A model generated the notes under the pieces. It was not told the origin of the DNA and ran no database searches. It was given only the letters and a program-made list of their open reading frames with translations. This document shows, piece after piece, positions 1-12,450 of a stretch of 64,000 nucleotides of DNA. Source of the DNA: Octopus bimaculoides. Taxonomy: Eukaryota. Location: positions 15,133,919-15,197,918 of the forward strand of contig NC_068998.1 of assembly GCF_001194135.2 (NCBI RefSeq), written 5' to 3'. Both the position numbers and the translations under genes were made by a program. Each line of letters opens with the position of its first letter. Position 1 is the stretch's first letter.

Positions 1-147
1 TATATATATAAATACGTGTACACATATATATATTTATAAATACATGTACACACATATATACATATAAATACATATACACACACACACACATCTATGCATA
101 CACATACATACCAATGTATAAACACAAATACGTTCTTCAATATATTT

Positions 148-238
148 TTATGAGGAAAGATAGATAGATAGATAGATCGATAGATAGATCGATAGATAGA
201 TAGATCGATAGATAGATAGATAGATCGATAGATAGATC

Positions 239-276
<38 letters not shown>

Positions 277-308
277 AATATATACACGAATCTCTCTCTC
301 TCTCTCTC
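148..308 (+). repeat. (GATA)n/(GATC) and (TC)n microsatellite
   Basis: Tandem GATA units followed by TC units up to the gap. Confidence 0.95.
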
Positions 309-654
309 NNNNNNNNNNNNNNNNNNNNNNNNNNNNNNNNNNNNNNNNNNNNNNNNNNNNNNNNNNNNNNNNNNNNNNNNNNNNNNNNNNNNNNNNNNNN
401 NNNNNNNNNNNNNNNNNNNNNNNNNNNNNNNNNNNNNNNNNNNNNNNNNNNNNNNNNNNNNNNNNNNNNNNNNNNNNNNNNNNNNNNNNNNNNNNNNNNN
501 NNNNNNNNNNNNNNNNNNNNNNNNNNNNNNNNNNNNNNNNNNNNNNNNNNNNNNNNNNNNNTATATATACATACATACTACACGCTCGTTTCTATACATA
601 TGTGCGTACTTGTGTGCATGGACGCATGTATGCATGTATGTATATATGTATGTA

Positions 655-691
<37 letters not shown>

Positions 692-970
692 GAAGGCGCG
701 TGGCTTAGTGGTTAGGGCATTCGGCTCACGATCGTAAGACACCTTATTTCACGTTGCTCCAGTCCATTCAGCTGGCAAAAATGAGTAGTACCTGTATTTC
801 AAAGGGCCAACCTTGTCACACTGTGTGTCACGCTGAGTCTCCCTGAGAACTACGTTAGGGGGACACATGTCTATGGATTATTCAGTCACTTGCAAGTTAA
901 TTTCATGAGCAGGCTGTTCCGTTGATCGTATCAGCTGGGACCCTCGTCGTCGTAACCGATGGAGTGCTCC
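692..970 (+). mobile_element. tRNA-derived SINE, internally deleted
   Basis: tRNA-like A-box head GGCGCGTGGCTTAGTGGTTAGGG, central CAGCTGGCAAAAATGAGTAGTACC, tail CCCTCGTCGTCGTAACCGATGGAGTG followed by (TATG)n; family assignment from recall only. Confidence 0.7.
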
Positions 971-999
971 TATGTATGTATGTATGTATGTATGTATGT

Positions 1000-1396
1000 A
1001 TGTATGTTTGTTGGGTCGGGTCACTCTAAGTGCTATTGGTAGTCCAATCCTGCCCGTCGCATGGTCGAATCGTCGGTTATTAAACCGGCAACCACACCAA
1101 GGCTGCTTGATGAAAAGGATGGTTTCCCTTGAACACTTTGCAAAACGGAAAACAAAACCTGTCAAAGGACGGATGAATTCAATAGACTCAACGGTCATCC
1201 AACAGTTGGGAGTGGGGAGATCCCTTAGTCCTTGTTTAGACAACTGTGTAAAAAGAAATTCCGAAATAACCTCCATCTCGTTGTGAAGCCGGAGATTTTG
1301 CTCTTGCTTGTTTTTAAACTGACTACCTGGCTTTGAAGGTGAGATCTTTGGCGGCGTTTTGTAAGCTGCTATTAATTTAAATTTCAACACAGGCAT
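1000..1396 (-). CDS. Unassigned stop-free ORF in non-repetitive sequence containing the EFLFTQL motif (see findings)
   Basis: About 130 open codons of complex sequence; the segment LHNEMEVISEFLFTQLSKQGLRDL aligns with the candidate exon at 18601-18685; no family recognised. Confidence 0.3.
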
Positions 1397-2509
1397 TGCA
1401 GAGCGCCATTATCTTTAATAACACCTAGGACAAAATCATTTGCCACAGTTATAGTCATTCCCATTTACGAGTTGGCAGCCACCATGTATGTATACACGAA
1501 TCTACGTATGCAGGTATGTATGAACTTACATATACACTTTCTTCGTAGATTTTATACTTATGCATATAACATAAATTTCTAAATAATCTACCTACGTGTG
1601 TACACGATTATACACATATAAGCATGTACACACCAAGAAGCCTGTGTGACCGTTCATACGCGCTTGTGCGTAATGGAAGAAACAAAAGTAAGATATTAAC
1701 TGTCGTACACATCTTACATTATTATTCAGATTTCTATATCGTATTCGTATTAAATGCGTTATTTTTATCTATTTAAGACTTTCTGAAACAATGATAACAT
1801 ATATTTGTCATATTAAACTTAATTTATTGTTATCGAAACTGTTTCAACTGAACATGGTTTTAGTGATAGTCAATTCTTTGATTGAATTCATTTTGCTTTA
1901 CTTTGGGAAATTCCGTATACGAAAGTAGCTGATTATGTGTATTAATTTGAACTAAATCCTTATCAGCAGCTAAAACTGCAGACGTTTGTTGAATGTTTAC
2001 CAAAAGAAAAATCAGCGTCAATTAATTCCATCACAGGAAATCGAATCATCAGGAACTGCACAAATATTCGTTGGTTAATCCAACAATAAAGAAATGATTA
2101 GTATTGAAAATTCTCTTAAACTGCTTCACCTCTCAGCTTTGTTTCAGCTTCTTTCATGCTTTCTCCATCTAAAGTTTTCTCTTTCAGACTCTTTCTCTTT
2201 TCCTCTCTTTATATCTCTCTCCCTCTTACTCCCCTCTTTCTTCCTCTCTTCCTCTCTTCTTCTCTTCCTCTCTTCCTCTCTTCTTCTCTTCCTCTCTCCG
2301 CATATGTGTGCGTGTGAGCACGCACATGTTTCATATAGACACCAATACAAAATCACACCCACAAACACAGGCGGTCCCGTACGCACACACACATATCTAT
2401 AAATATGTCTAATACTTTCATTTCTTTGACCCGCTCTCTTTCTCCCTCTCCACATATATATATATATATATGTGTGTACTCAAGTAATGTATTCTTTGGA
2501 GAAGTTAAT

Positions 2510-3553
2510 ATTAAAAGGTGAATCTTCCAAGGTGACTCGTTTTCTCCGTTACTTTTTGTAATTGCACTAATGCCCATAACAATGACACATAGGAAAGTTA
2601 AGATGGGTTACCGATGTGGGAAGAAAGGCCTATCATTGAACTATCTCTGTTTATGGGTGACCTAAAATTGTTTGGGAAATCTGAAAAATAAATAGATTAA
2701 CCAAAACAGTCCAGAAGTGTGGTAGGGATATTGGTATGGAATTTGGGATTATCAAATGCTCAGTACTTAATATGAAAAGAGGGAAGGAAGCAGCCTGCAG
2801 AGGATAGCGGTTACCATGAGATGAACGAAATGATTTGAAGCGTACCACCGAAAGCCTGATCATTGTTGCACAAGACCAGGCTCACGCTACCAATTCAGTG
2901 AAGTATAACATCTATAAAACTTCTGACACCCAGAAGTGCAGACTCTGTGGAAAGAGTGTGGAACATGTGACCCACTTGGTAAGTGGATGTGAGAGCCTTG
3001 CACAAAAAGAATACAAGCGCCGCCACGATAAAGTGTGTGCGTATCTTCATTGGCCCTTATGCCGTAAATACCAATATGAAGTAACGGAGAACTGGTATGA
3101 GCATGCACCAAGTAAAGTTATGCAGAAGGATGGAAAAGTAACGACACTCGGGACAATGATTTTCTGACGGATCGTGTAATCGAACACCGTCGGCCGGATA
3201 TTGTCGTATTGAATAAGAGAGACAAATACTGTCAGATCATTGATGTAGCCACACCAAATGACATGAATGTTGTGAGTAATGAGGTTGAAAAAATCATCAA
3301 GTACTCCGAATTGAAAGTGGAAATGGCAAGACTGTATGGAATGCAAGAGGATAATGTAAAAGTGATACCAATTGAAACTTCAAAACTTCTTAAGGCAATT
3401 GGAAATCCCATACAAGATGGATGTCATGTAAAAAGCAGCCTTATTGGGCACAGCGCACATCTTAAGGAAAGTATTATCTGTCCGTGGTCCTTGTTTTGAC
3501 TTGACAGATGACTAAAGACTCCGGTGCATTTTTACCTACACAGTGTTACGAAG

Positions 3554-3592
<39 letters not shown>
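2510..3592 (+). mobile_element. Decayed R4/Dong-like non-LTR retrotransposon, 3' part with internal deletion
   Basis: RT motifs IFQGDSFSPLLF and LFMGDLKLF; CCHC knuckle CRLCGKSVEHVTHLVSGC; RHD motif; RLE motifs RRPDIVV, IIDVATP and EKIIKY; frameshifts present; (AAT)n tail. Confidence 0.92.
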
Positions 3593-3593
<1 letters not shown>

Positions 3594-3614
3594 CTCTTAA
3601 GTACTAAATAACCC

Positions 3615-3800
3615 GACTAATTAAGACGGTGAAGATAGTGCTAATCATTGTTGGGTCTTTGGGGACAGTATCAGAAGGCATCAAGAAGAATATAAGGGAA
3701 ATAAAGGGCCCAGTAGAACTACTACAATAGGTTTGCCTCCTTGGCACGGCCAAAATGAAAAGAACAGATAGCGTGTTACGTATGCAAAACCCCTGTAATT
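3615..3800 (+). mobile_element. C-terminal RLE fragment of a second R4/Dong-like LINE
   Basis: + strand reads VKIVLIIVGSLGTVSEGIKKNI...VELLQ*VCLLGTAKMKR, matching the typical RLE end (PIVIGALG...LQK..LLGTA). Confidence 0.75.
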
Positions 3801-3829
3801 CCAACAAAAACTGAGTTAAAATGAGTAAT

Positions 3830-4110
3830 AGAGGGCGCATGACCTAGTAGCTAGGGTGTTGTACTCACAATTGCGAGATCGTGGTTTCAATTCCTAGATC
3901 AGGTGATGCGTTGTGTTCTTGAGCAAAACACTTCATCTCACGATGTTCTACGATCATTTCGACACCTGACACCGGTACACCGCGTACTTGATCAGTCAAC
4001 GTTGATATGATGGAAGGGGGAGAGTGAGCTAATGTACAGCATATACATGTGATCACTGTAAACAAATCATTTGTACAGGTCGTTCAGCAAAAAGCTGAAC
4101 ACTCACTCGT
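3830..4110 (+). mobile_element. tRNA-derived CORE-type SINE
   Basis: Head GGGCGCATGACCTAGTAGCTAGGG, B-box-like GGTTTCAATTCC and core GTGTTCTTGAGCAAAACACTT; related copies at 16535, 16878 and 35860. Confidence 0.75.
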
Positions 4111-4169
4111 CGTCTTCGATGCTAGAATCCCCTCCAAAACATTATTACTATTTTTATTATTACTACTAC

Positions 4170-4210
<41 letters not shown>

Positions 4211-5299
4211 NNNNNNNNNNTATATATATATATATATATGAAGAGAGTGGAGGCAGAAACATAAGAACAGAGAGGAACAGTGAGAGATTGTTTGAGAGAA
4301 TTTCTGAGATAAAGATACGGAACAAGACGGAATCTGACGTGGGGTGAAGATATGGAACAGAAATAGTTTAAGAGAATTCAAATACGGAACATATACATAT
4401 AGCTGGATAAACCGGCTAACTTTTGTACTGTTTTTGATTATTCAATTTTGTGTGATGGAATTAGTTGGAAATTAGTCTGTTTGTCGAAGATTTAGTGACC
4501 TTCTTGGGGGGATTCTATCTACAGATGTAGGTTTAGTTTCTCGGTCACAGTTTAATGCATGCAATCAGCAACTTTCGCAAGCGTAATTTCCCAACGGCAG
4601 GAACGAATTAAACAGAAGACAGAATTTACTATCACAAGATACATGTATATTAGGAGTATTTCAATAATAATAACATAGCTCTAATGTTTCGTATATATTC
4701 TAAAAGTGTTTCCACGGGTCAAAAAGATATAAAAATGAAATAAATACAGCAGTACATTTAATAAGATTTCTGTATAGAGTTATAGAGCTGCACAACTCAT
4801 GCACGAACACACTGTCACAAATACGAACATAAATACACGCATAGACCGAGGACCATTTAAGCACAAAATATACATTACATTCACACACGCACACCCGAGC
4901 ACACACATACATATACATACATACATACATACATACATACATACATACATGTATACATACATACAAATTATATATATATATCGCGAAGATACTACTATAT
5001 GTGTGTACATGTATGTAGGTTGATGTGCGTATGTGTTTGTGTTAGAGTGTAAAGCAGTATGGAGGCCTATTTCTCTATTCACACGATTGTTACTAATATT
5101 TATTTTTCACAATGGAGAGGAATCAAAACGCAGCAAAAAATATGCATCCAGTGTCGTTGAGTTTCTTTATAAGCTTATAAGAAGACATTTATGTTTGGAT
5201 ATACAACCAAAAAAATCAATAACATCGGATCAATTTGAATTCCCTGTCTACGTGAATTGGCTGATCTTAAAGTTCTGTTCTCTGAGAGTTTTTTCTTTT

Positions 5300-5495
5300 C
5301 TACGTTAATATCTTTGACTTGTAGCAATCATTGGACAGCAGGTTTGTTCGAGCGCTACCTGGAGAGGTTTAGTCGATCAGATTTATTTCAGTACTTATTT
5401 TGCTTTTTCAGCCTGGTACTTGTTTCCTCGAGTTTTGTAGCCGAACCGCTAAGTTACGGGAATGTAAGCAAACCAACATCAGTCGTCAAGTGGTG
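5300..5495 (-). mobile_element. OR2-like SINE, 3' half
   Basis: Reverse complement of the GTAACTTAGCGGTTCGGC...AAGTACT tail seen in the fuller copies at 18940 and 49630. Confidence 0.75.
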
Positions 5496-5802
5496 TGGAA
5501 GTATATATGTATATATATATATATATATNNNNNNNNNNNNNNNNNNNNNNNNNNNNNNNNNNNNNNNNNNNNNNNNNNNNNNNNNNNNNNNNNNNNNNNN
5601 NNNNNNNNNNNNNNNNNNNNNNNNNNNNNNNNNNNNNNNNNNNNNNNNNNNNNNNNNNNNNNNNNNNNNNNNNNNNNNNNNNNNNNNNNNNNNNNNNNNN
5701 NNNNNNNNNNNNNNNNNNNNNNNNNNNNNNNNNNNNNNNNNNNNNNNNNNNNNNNNNNNNNNNNNNNATATATAGATATATATACATATACATATATTAT
5801 AC

Positions 5803-5833
<31 letters not shown>

Positions 5834-6216
5834 GATAGATATACATATATATATATGTATATATATTATATATATGTATATTTATATATATATATAATAT
5901 ATATACATATATACATATATATATATATTATATTATGCATATATACATATATTATATATATGTGTATATATATACATATACATATATATATATGTGTATA
6001 TATGAGTGTGTGATATATATGTATATATAATATATTTATATATAAATATACATATATACATATATGTATATATATATATTATATATTTCATATTATGCAT
6101 ATATACATATATTATGCATATGTATATATATTGCATATAATATATATATATATATATATATATACTCTTTTACTCGTTTCAGCCATGCAGCTGTGATCAT
6201 GCTGGAGCACTGGAAG

Positions 6217-6262
<46 letters not shown>

Positions 6263-6475
6263 CAGGCCATTTACCTGAAACCTCTTAAAATCAATATTTT
6301 TCATCCTATTTCGTACACACACATTACTTATGTTCCACAGATGGCTCTACACACTTCAGATTTTTCACTTATGGAATAAAATGAGTAATGGGGCTTCTGG
6401 CATCAGAAAAACCTCCTCTCCATTCTTGCATTATGGTGGCTATTGTGGATTGTCTAGGGGTATTTACCATACTGA

Positions 6476-6622
6476 TTACCTTCCGAGTTCAAATTCCGCC
6501 GTGGTCAACTTTGCCTTTTATCCTTTCGGGGTCGATAAAATAAGTCCCTGTAGAGTACTGGGGTGGATGTATTCGACTTACTCCTCCAATAAAATTGCTG
6601 GCCTTGTGCCAAAATCTGAAAC
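6476..6622 (+). mobile_element. Meta-domain (OR1-like) SINE, partial
   Basis: GAGTTCAAATTCCGCC B-box followed by CTTTGCCTTTTATCCTTTCGGGGTCGATAAAATAAGT Meta-like core. Confidence 0.85.
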
Positions 6623-6654
6623 TATTTTTATAGTTGTTGTTCTTGTTACAACCT

Positions 6655-7490
6655 ATATAAGTTAGCAGGGATGTTGTCTTGAGGTATGGTGACAACAAGC
6701 CTCCTCAAATCTCAAGATGCTTTCTCATGATTCTTTCAGGATACCGGAATACACTTTTCTACAGCTCGACAATGCGAGTTTCATTCTAATCCTTGAGCCA
6801 GTCAGGTATCAGGTAGAGTGCTGTGCCAGGTGCACTAATTACCCAGGAATGGTTGTTGTCTTATTCTTCTACAATATCTTCCTGTCTCTGGCTAGGTCCT
6901 GATCTCTGATTTTTTTAGGCTTTTTGATATTCACTCAATTAGTATATGGCCTTCCAGAGCCTATGAACTTACATTGTTTATTTCTTTTGTTTTCTATAAT
7001 CATATCAGGTTTTCTTACTTTATTAGTGTAGTTAGTCTTTATGGAGAAGTTTCAAAAGATCCTATATAATTCTAATTCTTTGTCACAGCCCCTGATTCGT
7101 CTTCAAACCACTCTTCTGTTACTTTAAATCCATACTATCAATTAACACCCCCAATGCACTCTTTCAACGACACTGTCATGCCTGCACTTATATTCTTTTT
7201 GCACTAGCATACTGCATTCACTCCTTTCACACAGATTCTGCGTTTGCTCTCTCACTGAGTTTTATCAATCTTTACCTTTATCAAATTCGTCTAAATGGCT
7301 TGTTCTTCACTGGCTATAATCAACTCATCGGTTTCTCCTTTCAGGTTTTTGTCCGCGAGGTACAACCAACATACTTTATTTTCAACATCCATGAACTGCC
7401 CATGTAATTCCTTCTCTTTCGAACTACATGTTCTATAGTTCTTCCATCTGTTACTGTTTCAGTAACTATGTCAACGTTTCTCGCCACCAT
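6655..7490 (-). mobile_element. Decayed R4/Dong-like LINE, 3' part
   Basis: Minus strand reads ELHGQF...LKGETDELIIASEEQAI*TNLIKVKIDK, then RKPDMII and IRDQDL; many stops; 3' end AGATTTGAGGAGGCTTGTTGTC...CCCTGCTAAC. Confidence 0.85.
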
Positions 7491-7944
7491 CTGAAAATAA
7501 AATAAGTTTTACTTATTACCAAGACAGCCAGAATATTGATATTATTACTTTTCGTGTGTATCTTGTTATGCTTTAAATATTAATCTAATACTCCTCCTTA
7601 AACTTGTATTTCATTTATGTGTTGTACTCTAATTCATACACTTCTAATTATTTGCAAGTCTGTGTTTAATGTAATTCTCTTCTCTCTGCTACTTTATTTA
7701 GTATAATATTACTTTTTCTCAATTTTCTTCCTTCCAATGTTGTCTTGGTATATGTCTCTCATATCAATTATTTAAATAAATCTGTACATTGTCAGAAACT
7801 GTGTTTCGAGATGTTTATCGACTGCTGCATACAACATAACATTCATTGATATTCATTGTTGTTGTTATTGGTGATGTCGTTGTCGTCGTCCTCGTTGCTG
7901 TTATTGTTGCTACAGTTGCTGTTGTTGTTATTGTTGCTGTTAAT

Positions 7945-8160
7945 GCGGCGGTCTGACAGAATCGCTACAACGCCGGGTAACGAAATGCTTAATAGTATTT
8001 CGCCCGTCGTTACGTTCTGAGTTCATATTCCGCGGAGGTCGACTTTGCCTTTCATCTTTTCGAGGTCGATAAAATAAGTACCAGTTGAATACTGGGGTCG
8101 ATGAAATTGACTCATCTCCTCCCCCAAAATTGCTGCCCTTGTCGCAAAATTTGAAACCAT
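7945..8160 (+). mobile_element. Meta-domain (OR1-like) SINE
   Basis: Head GGCAGAATC-like...AAATGCTTA, B-box, Meta core and TACTGGGGTCGAT tail. Confidence 0.88.
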
Positions 8161-8169
8161 TATTGTTGT

Positions 8170-8189
8170 TGTTGTTGTTGTCATTATTA

Positions 8190-8233
<44 letters not shown>

Positions 8234-10075
8234 TTGTCTATTATGAATGACTCTCGGATAGTTCTTAATTACCGGTTATTCTTTACTTGAAAGCAGGCAA
8301 TAACAAATCACCAAAGGTACCTTCTTTTATGACTCAAAGAGACAATACATTCCTTAGAATGCGATCTGTACCCAGCAATGCTGTGTTCTGGATCCCCTCG
8401 AGCCTTACAGCAGCTCCAATATTCTTAACGTTTTTCAAAGCCCTTGGTAACTGCTCCTAATACTCCAATTACCACCAGTATCACCATTACTTTCCTCATG
8501 CCCCATAACTTTCCTATCTCGTCCCGCAGTGGCTGGTATTTCTCAATCTTTTCTGTTTCCTTACATTTCACCCTCGAATCACCTTGTATTGCAACATCTA
8601 TTAACTTTACTTCTTTTTCATCTTTATGGATGAGCACGATATATGGTCGTCTTGCCTCTATGATTTGGTCACACTGCATGTTAAAATCCCAATCAATCTC
8701 ATCTTCAGAATTGACTGTGCATTTTCTTGTTCTGCCAAATTTTCTTCATCTACTTTCTCTGATCTTTCTTAAATTGTGTTGGATCTACGGCTTCGTTCAC
8801 TTTTAAGGTTCCCTGCATTTTCATTACTTGAATCATTTCTTCTTTACCCCCCCCCCTTGGCATATCAAGCCAGGCTATCCTCCTCTTCCCTTACACAACC
8901 TTCACAACACACCAATCCCCACGCTTCTTCTTTCCTCTTCACATACAATATTGACACATCACTCTTGGAGTGTAGTTCCTTGTTCCTTGTCATTAATTTA
9001 CCTGTTATCCGGTCTATCTCTTGTAATTCATGCTTCTTCCAAGATACTATTCCTGTCCCATAACTCATCAAAACAACAGCCCACGTGTTAAATTGCTCCA
9101 ATCTTATAGCGGCCATTTCGCTTCGACTGGAGCTCAAATCAAGTTCTCCTCAAATAGTCTTTCCTGTATATTTCTTTCATCTTGTGTTCATTCATCTTAT
9201 CTCTTTCATTGATACCCAGGTACTTATATCCTTCCTCTCTGACTTCCTTTATAATTTCACCACTTTCCAGCTTGATTCCATGGCTTTTACTGATTTTCTC
9301 CCTTTTGAGAATCATTACACCACATTTCTCGATCCCAAATTCCATGCTGATATCATTGCTAATCATCTGCACAGTTGCCGTCAAACTCTCAATTTCTTTC
9401 TCAGTTTCAGCGAAGAGCTTTAGGTCATCCATAAATCGCAGGTTGTTAACTTTCACACTGCCTAGTATGTACCCCACATGTAACTTTCTAAAAGCGCTGG
9501 TTAGTGGCAGTATGCAGACAACAAACCGGAGAGGCGACAGACTGTCCCCTTAAAAGATTCCTCTTTTGATATTTACCTCTCCTAGCTTACCTCTCCATGC
9601 TGTGAGTTCAGTTTGCCACGTTTTCATTGAGTTTTGTATTAACTTCAGGATATTGTGGGAGACCTTAAGCAGTTTAAGGCATTCAATAATCCACGAGTAT
9701 GGGACCACGTCATAAACTTTCCTGTAGTCCACCCACGCCATCACCAAATTTTTGTGTCTCTTCTTGCAATCATCCAGGATAGTCTTATTGATTAGTAATT
9801 GATCCTTCGTTCCTCTGCTCTTACGTCTACACCCTTTTTGTTCCACTGGTAGAAGGTCGTTCTCATCTAGGTACTTATAGATGCTGTTTGATATTATGCC
9901 CGGCATTAGTTTCCACATCAGTGGCAAACAAGATATTGGTCGTAAGTTTCCAACCACATTCCCTTTACTTGGGTCCTTCTGACATAGTACCTTTCTTCCT
10001 TTTGTCATCCAGGCCGGAACTTGGATGTCACTACTCAGTACTTCGTCCATCTGTCTCGCAGTGCCGCGCTTAATT
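8170..10075 (-). mobile_element. Decayed R4/Dong-like LINE (RT plus RLE; CCHC region deleted) with (TAA)n tail
   Basis: ORF pieces [71 protein letters not shown] and EKIEKY; (TTA)n at 8170-8232. Confidence 0.95.
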
Positions 10076-10649
10076 TTCCCTTCATCCTTCTAGGGTCCAT
10101 GAAATAAATATCTGTAAACTACTGGGGGCAAATTGATCATCTGTCCTCTTCAAACTTTGTTGTATGTGAACGGAAATTAAACAATTTTATCTTTGNNNNN
10201 NNNNNNNNNNNNNNNNNNNNNNNNNNNNNNNNNNNNNNNNNNNNNNNNNNNNNNNNNNNNNNNNNNNNNNNNNNNNNNNNNNNNNNNNNNNNNNNNNNNN
10301 NNNNNNNNNNNNNNNNNNNNNNNNNNNNNNNNNNNNNNNNNNNNNNNNNNNNNNNNNNNNNNNNNNNNNNNNNNNNNNNNNNNNNNNNNNNNNNNNNNNN
10401 NNNNNNNNNNNNNNNNNNNNNNNNNNNNNNNNNNNNNNNNNNNNNNNNNNNNNNNNNNNNNNNNNNNNNNNNNNNNNNNNNNNNNNNNNNNNNNNNNNNN
10501 NNNNNNNNNNNNNNNNNNNNNNNNNNNNNNNNNNNNNNNNNNNNNNNNNNNNNNNNNNNNNNNNNNNNNNNNNNNNNNNNNNNNNNNNNNNNNNNNNNNN
10601 NNNNNNNNNNNNNNNNNNNNNNNNNNNNTATGTATGTATGTATGTATGT

Positions 10650-10739
<90 letters not shown>

Positions 10740-11219
10740 TCACACATATTTACACACATTTCTACTATGACCTTTCATAACTTTGAAGCAAAACCAAGTG
10801 TTTGTCAACTATGGAAGCACGTCCTGGGGTTTCCTGTTGATTCGCAAGTTCAGCTAGTTCTTCAAACCAAATCATACTTTGTATTTGTTTTTGCTGTTTT
10901 CGTTTTCTTTTATATATATATATGAAACTTACGCACAAATTTGTGGTTGCAAATTATTGGTAAATCTTAAATCAATTTTCAAATAGCTTCTCTGCTTATT
11001 TCCTGTTATATATGTTTATGTTGAGGGGAGAGGATGGTGGTGTGTGTGGTGTATGTGCGGTGTGTGGTTGCGTGTGGCTCTATGTGTGTGTGCATATTTG
11101 TGAGGGTATGTGATTGGGTTGTGCTATGTGGTGTACTCATGAAATACACTTTTACACACGCAGAATATGCATACATAGCTGCGCACGCACATATACACAC
11201 AAATGTGTGTGTATGTATG

Positions 11220-11266
<47 letters not shown>

Positions 11267-11763
11267 NNNNNNNNNNNNNNNNNNNNNNNNNNNNNNNNNN
11301 NNNNNNNNNNNNNNNNNNNNNNNNNNNNNNNNNNNNNNNNNNNNNNNNNNNNNNNNNNNNNNNNNNNNNNNNNNNNNNNNNNNNNNNNNNNNNNNNNNNN
11401 NNNNNNNNNNNNNNNNNNNNNNNNNNNNNNNNNNNNNNNNNNNNNNNNNNNNNNNNNNNNNNNNNNNNNNNNNNNNNNNNNNNNNNNNNNNNNNNNNNNN
11501 NNNNNNNNNNNNNNNNNNNNNNNNNNNNNNNNNNNNNNNNNNNNNNNNNNNNNNNNNNNNNNNNNNNNNNNNNNNNNNNNNNNNNNNNNNNNNNNNNNNN
11601 NNNNNNNNNNNNNNNNNNNNNNNNNNNNNNNNNNNNNNNNNNNNNNNNNNNNNNNNNNNNNNNNNNNNNNNNNNNNNNNNNNNNNNNNNNNNNNNNNNNN
11701 NNNNNNNNNNNNNNNNNNNNNNNNNNNNNNNNNNNNNNNNNNNNNNNNNNNNNNNNNNNNNNC

Positions 11764-11830
11764 AATTCAGAACGCGAAAACGGACGAAACGCCGTTAAGC
11801 ATTTTGCCCCCGCGTGCTTAACGCTACTCT
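11764..11830 (-). mobile_element. Meta-domain SINE 5' head fragment abutting a gap
   Basis: Reverse complement of TTAGCACGC...AAATGCTTAACGGCGTTTCGTCCG...TTCTGAATT. Confidence 0.7.
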
Positions 11831-11994
11831 CAGCTCGCCTCCTTAGGATATCTAGTATAATGACAAATGAAAAGTGAATAAGAACAGAAAGAGACCTAAG
11901 AATATTATTTGATATCAACTTTTGCATAACTAAGAAATCTCTACCTCTATTGATAAGATTTGGTTGGGAATCGCTCGTAAATATCAAGTGGTTT

Positions 11995-12450
11995 ATCGCC
12001 ACTCAAACGTTGGTGTCCTTTAAGAACAAACAATACTGCTGTTTTAACCCCCAGAAGGATGTTTTCTCCAGCTGATTACTCGGTGCGCTTCGCACTCGAT
12101 ATATATTTCAAGCGAGGAAAAAACACTATCGTAACTTGGAGTCCATTACATCACTTGATTTCGATCTTATTAGATCATCTTCAGTGATGGATACTCGTCT
12201 ATTAGGCATAGCAGTAGTCTAACCCAGCTCGCAATATACAGAAAAACCAGTGTCACACACTCACTGGTTTTGCAACTAACAAACTGGTTCGTTAAGAAAA
12301 TATCTATTAGAGATGAAAGAAGTATTTATACTTAGAAGTAATGTTTATCGCCGCTTAAACGTGAGTCTCCTTTAAGAACATACGATACTGTTATTTGAAC
12401 TCCAGGAGGACGCTTCCACCTGCTGGCTGTTCAGTGCACTTCGCACTCCA
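11995..12450 (-). mobile_element. Penelope-like pseudo-LTR or retrozyme-like unit: partial tandem repeat of about 350 bp period enclosing a hammerhead-like motif
   Basis: Diverged direct repeats at about 11995-12110 and 12345-12450 (TATCGCC...CCTTTAAGAACA...CTTCGCACTC) with a hammerhead-like core between them. Confidence 0.55.
12149..12189 (-). ncRNA. Degenerate type-I hammerhead ribozyme-like motif
   Basis: Minus strand CATCA CTGAAGA T GATCT-AATA-AGATC GAAA TCAAG TGATG; stems I and II pair, but stem III and the cleavage triplet are degenerate. Confidence 0.5.

Noticed and set aside
6380-6475. FLHYGGYCGLSRG resembling the secreted PLA2 calcium loop (YGCYCGxGG)
   Set aside because: Key Cys and Gly residues are absent, no CCxxHD follows, and the frame runs into a SINE; most likely chance.
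7420-7500. Minus-strand TTTTCAG|ATG acceptor with a 50-codon ORF
   Set aside because: It overlaps the decayed LINE frame (ELHGQF) in another phase and there is no donor; probably a cryptic site.
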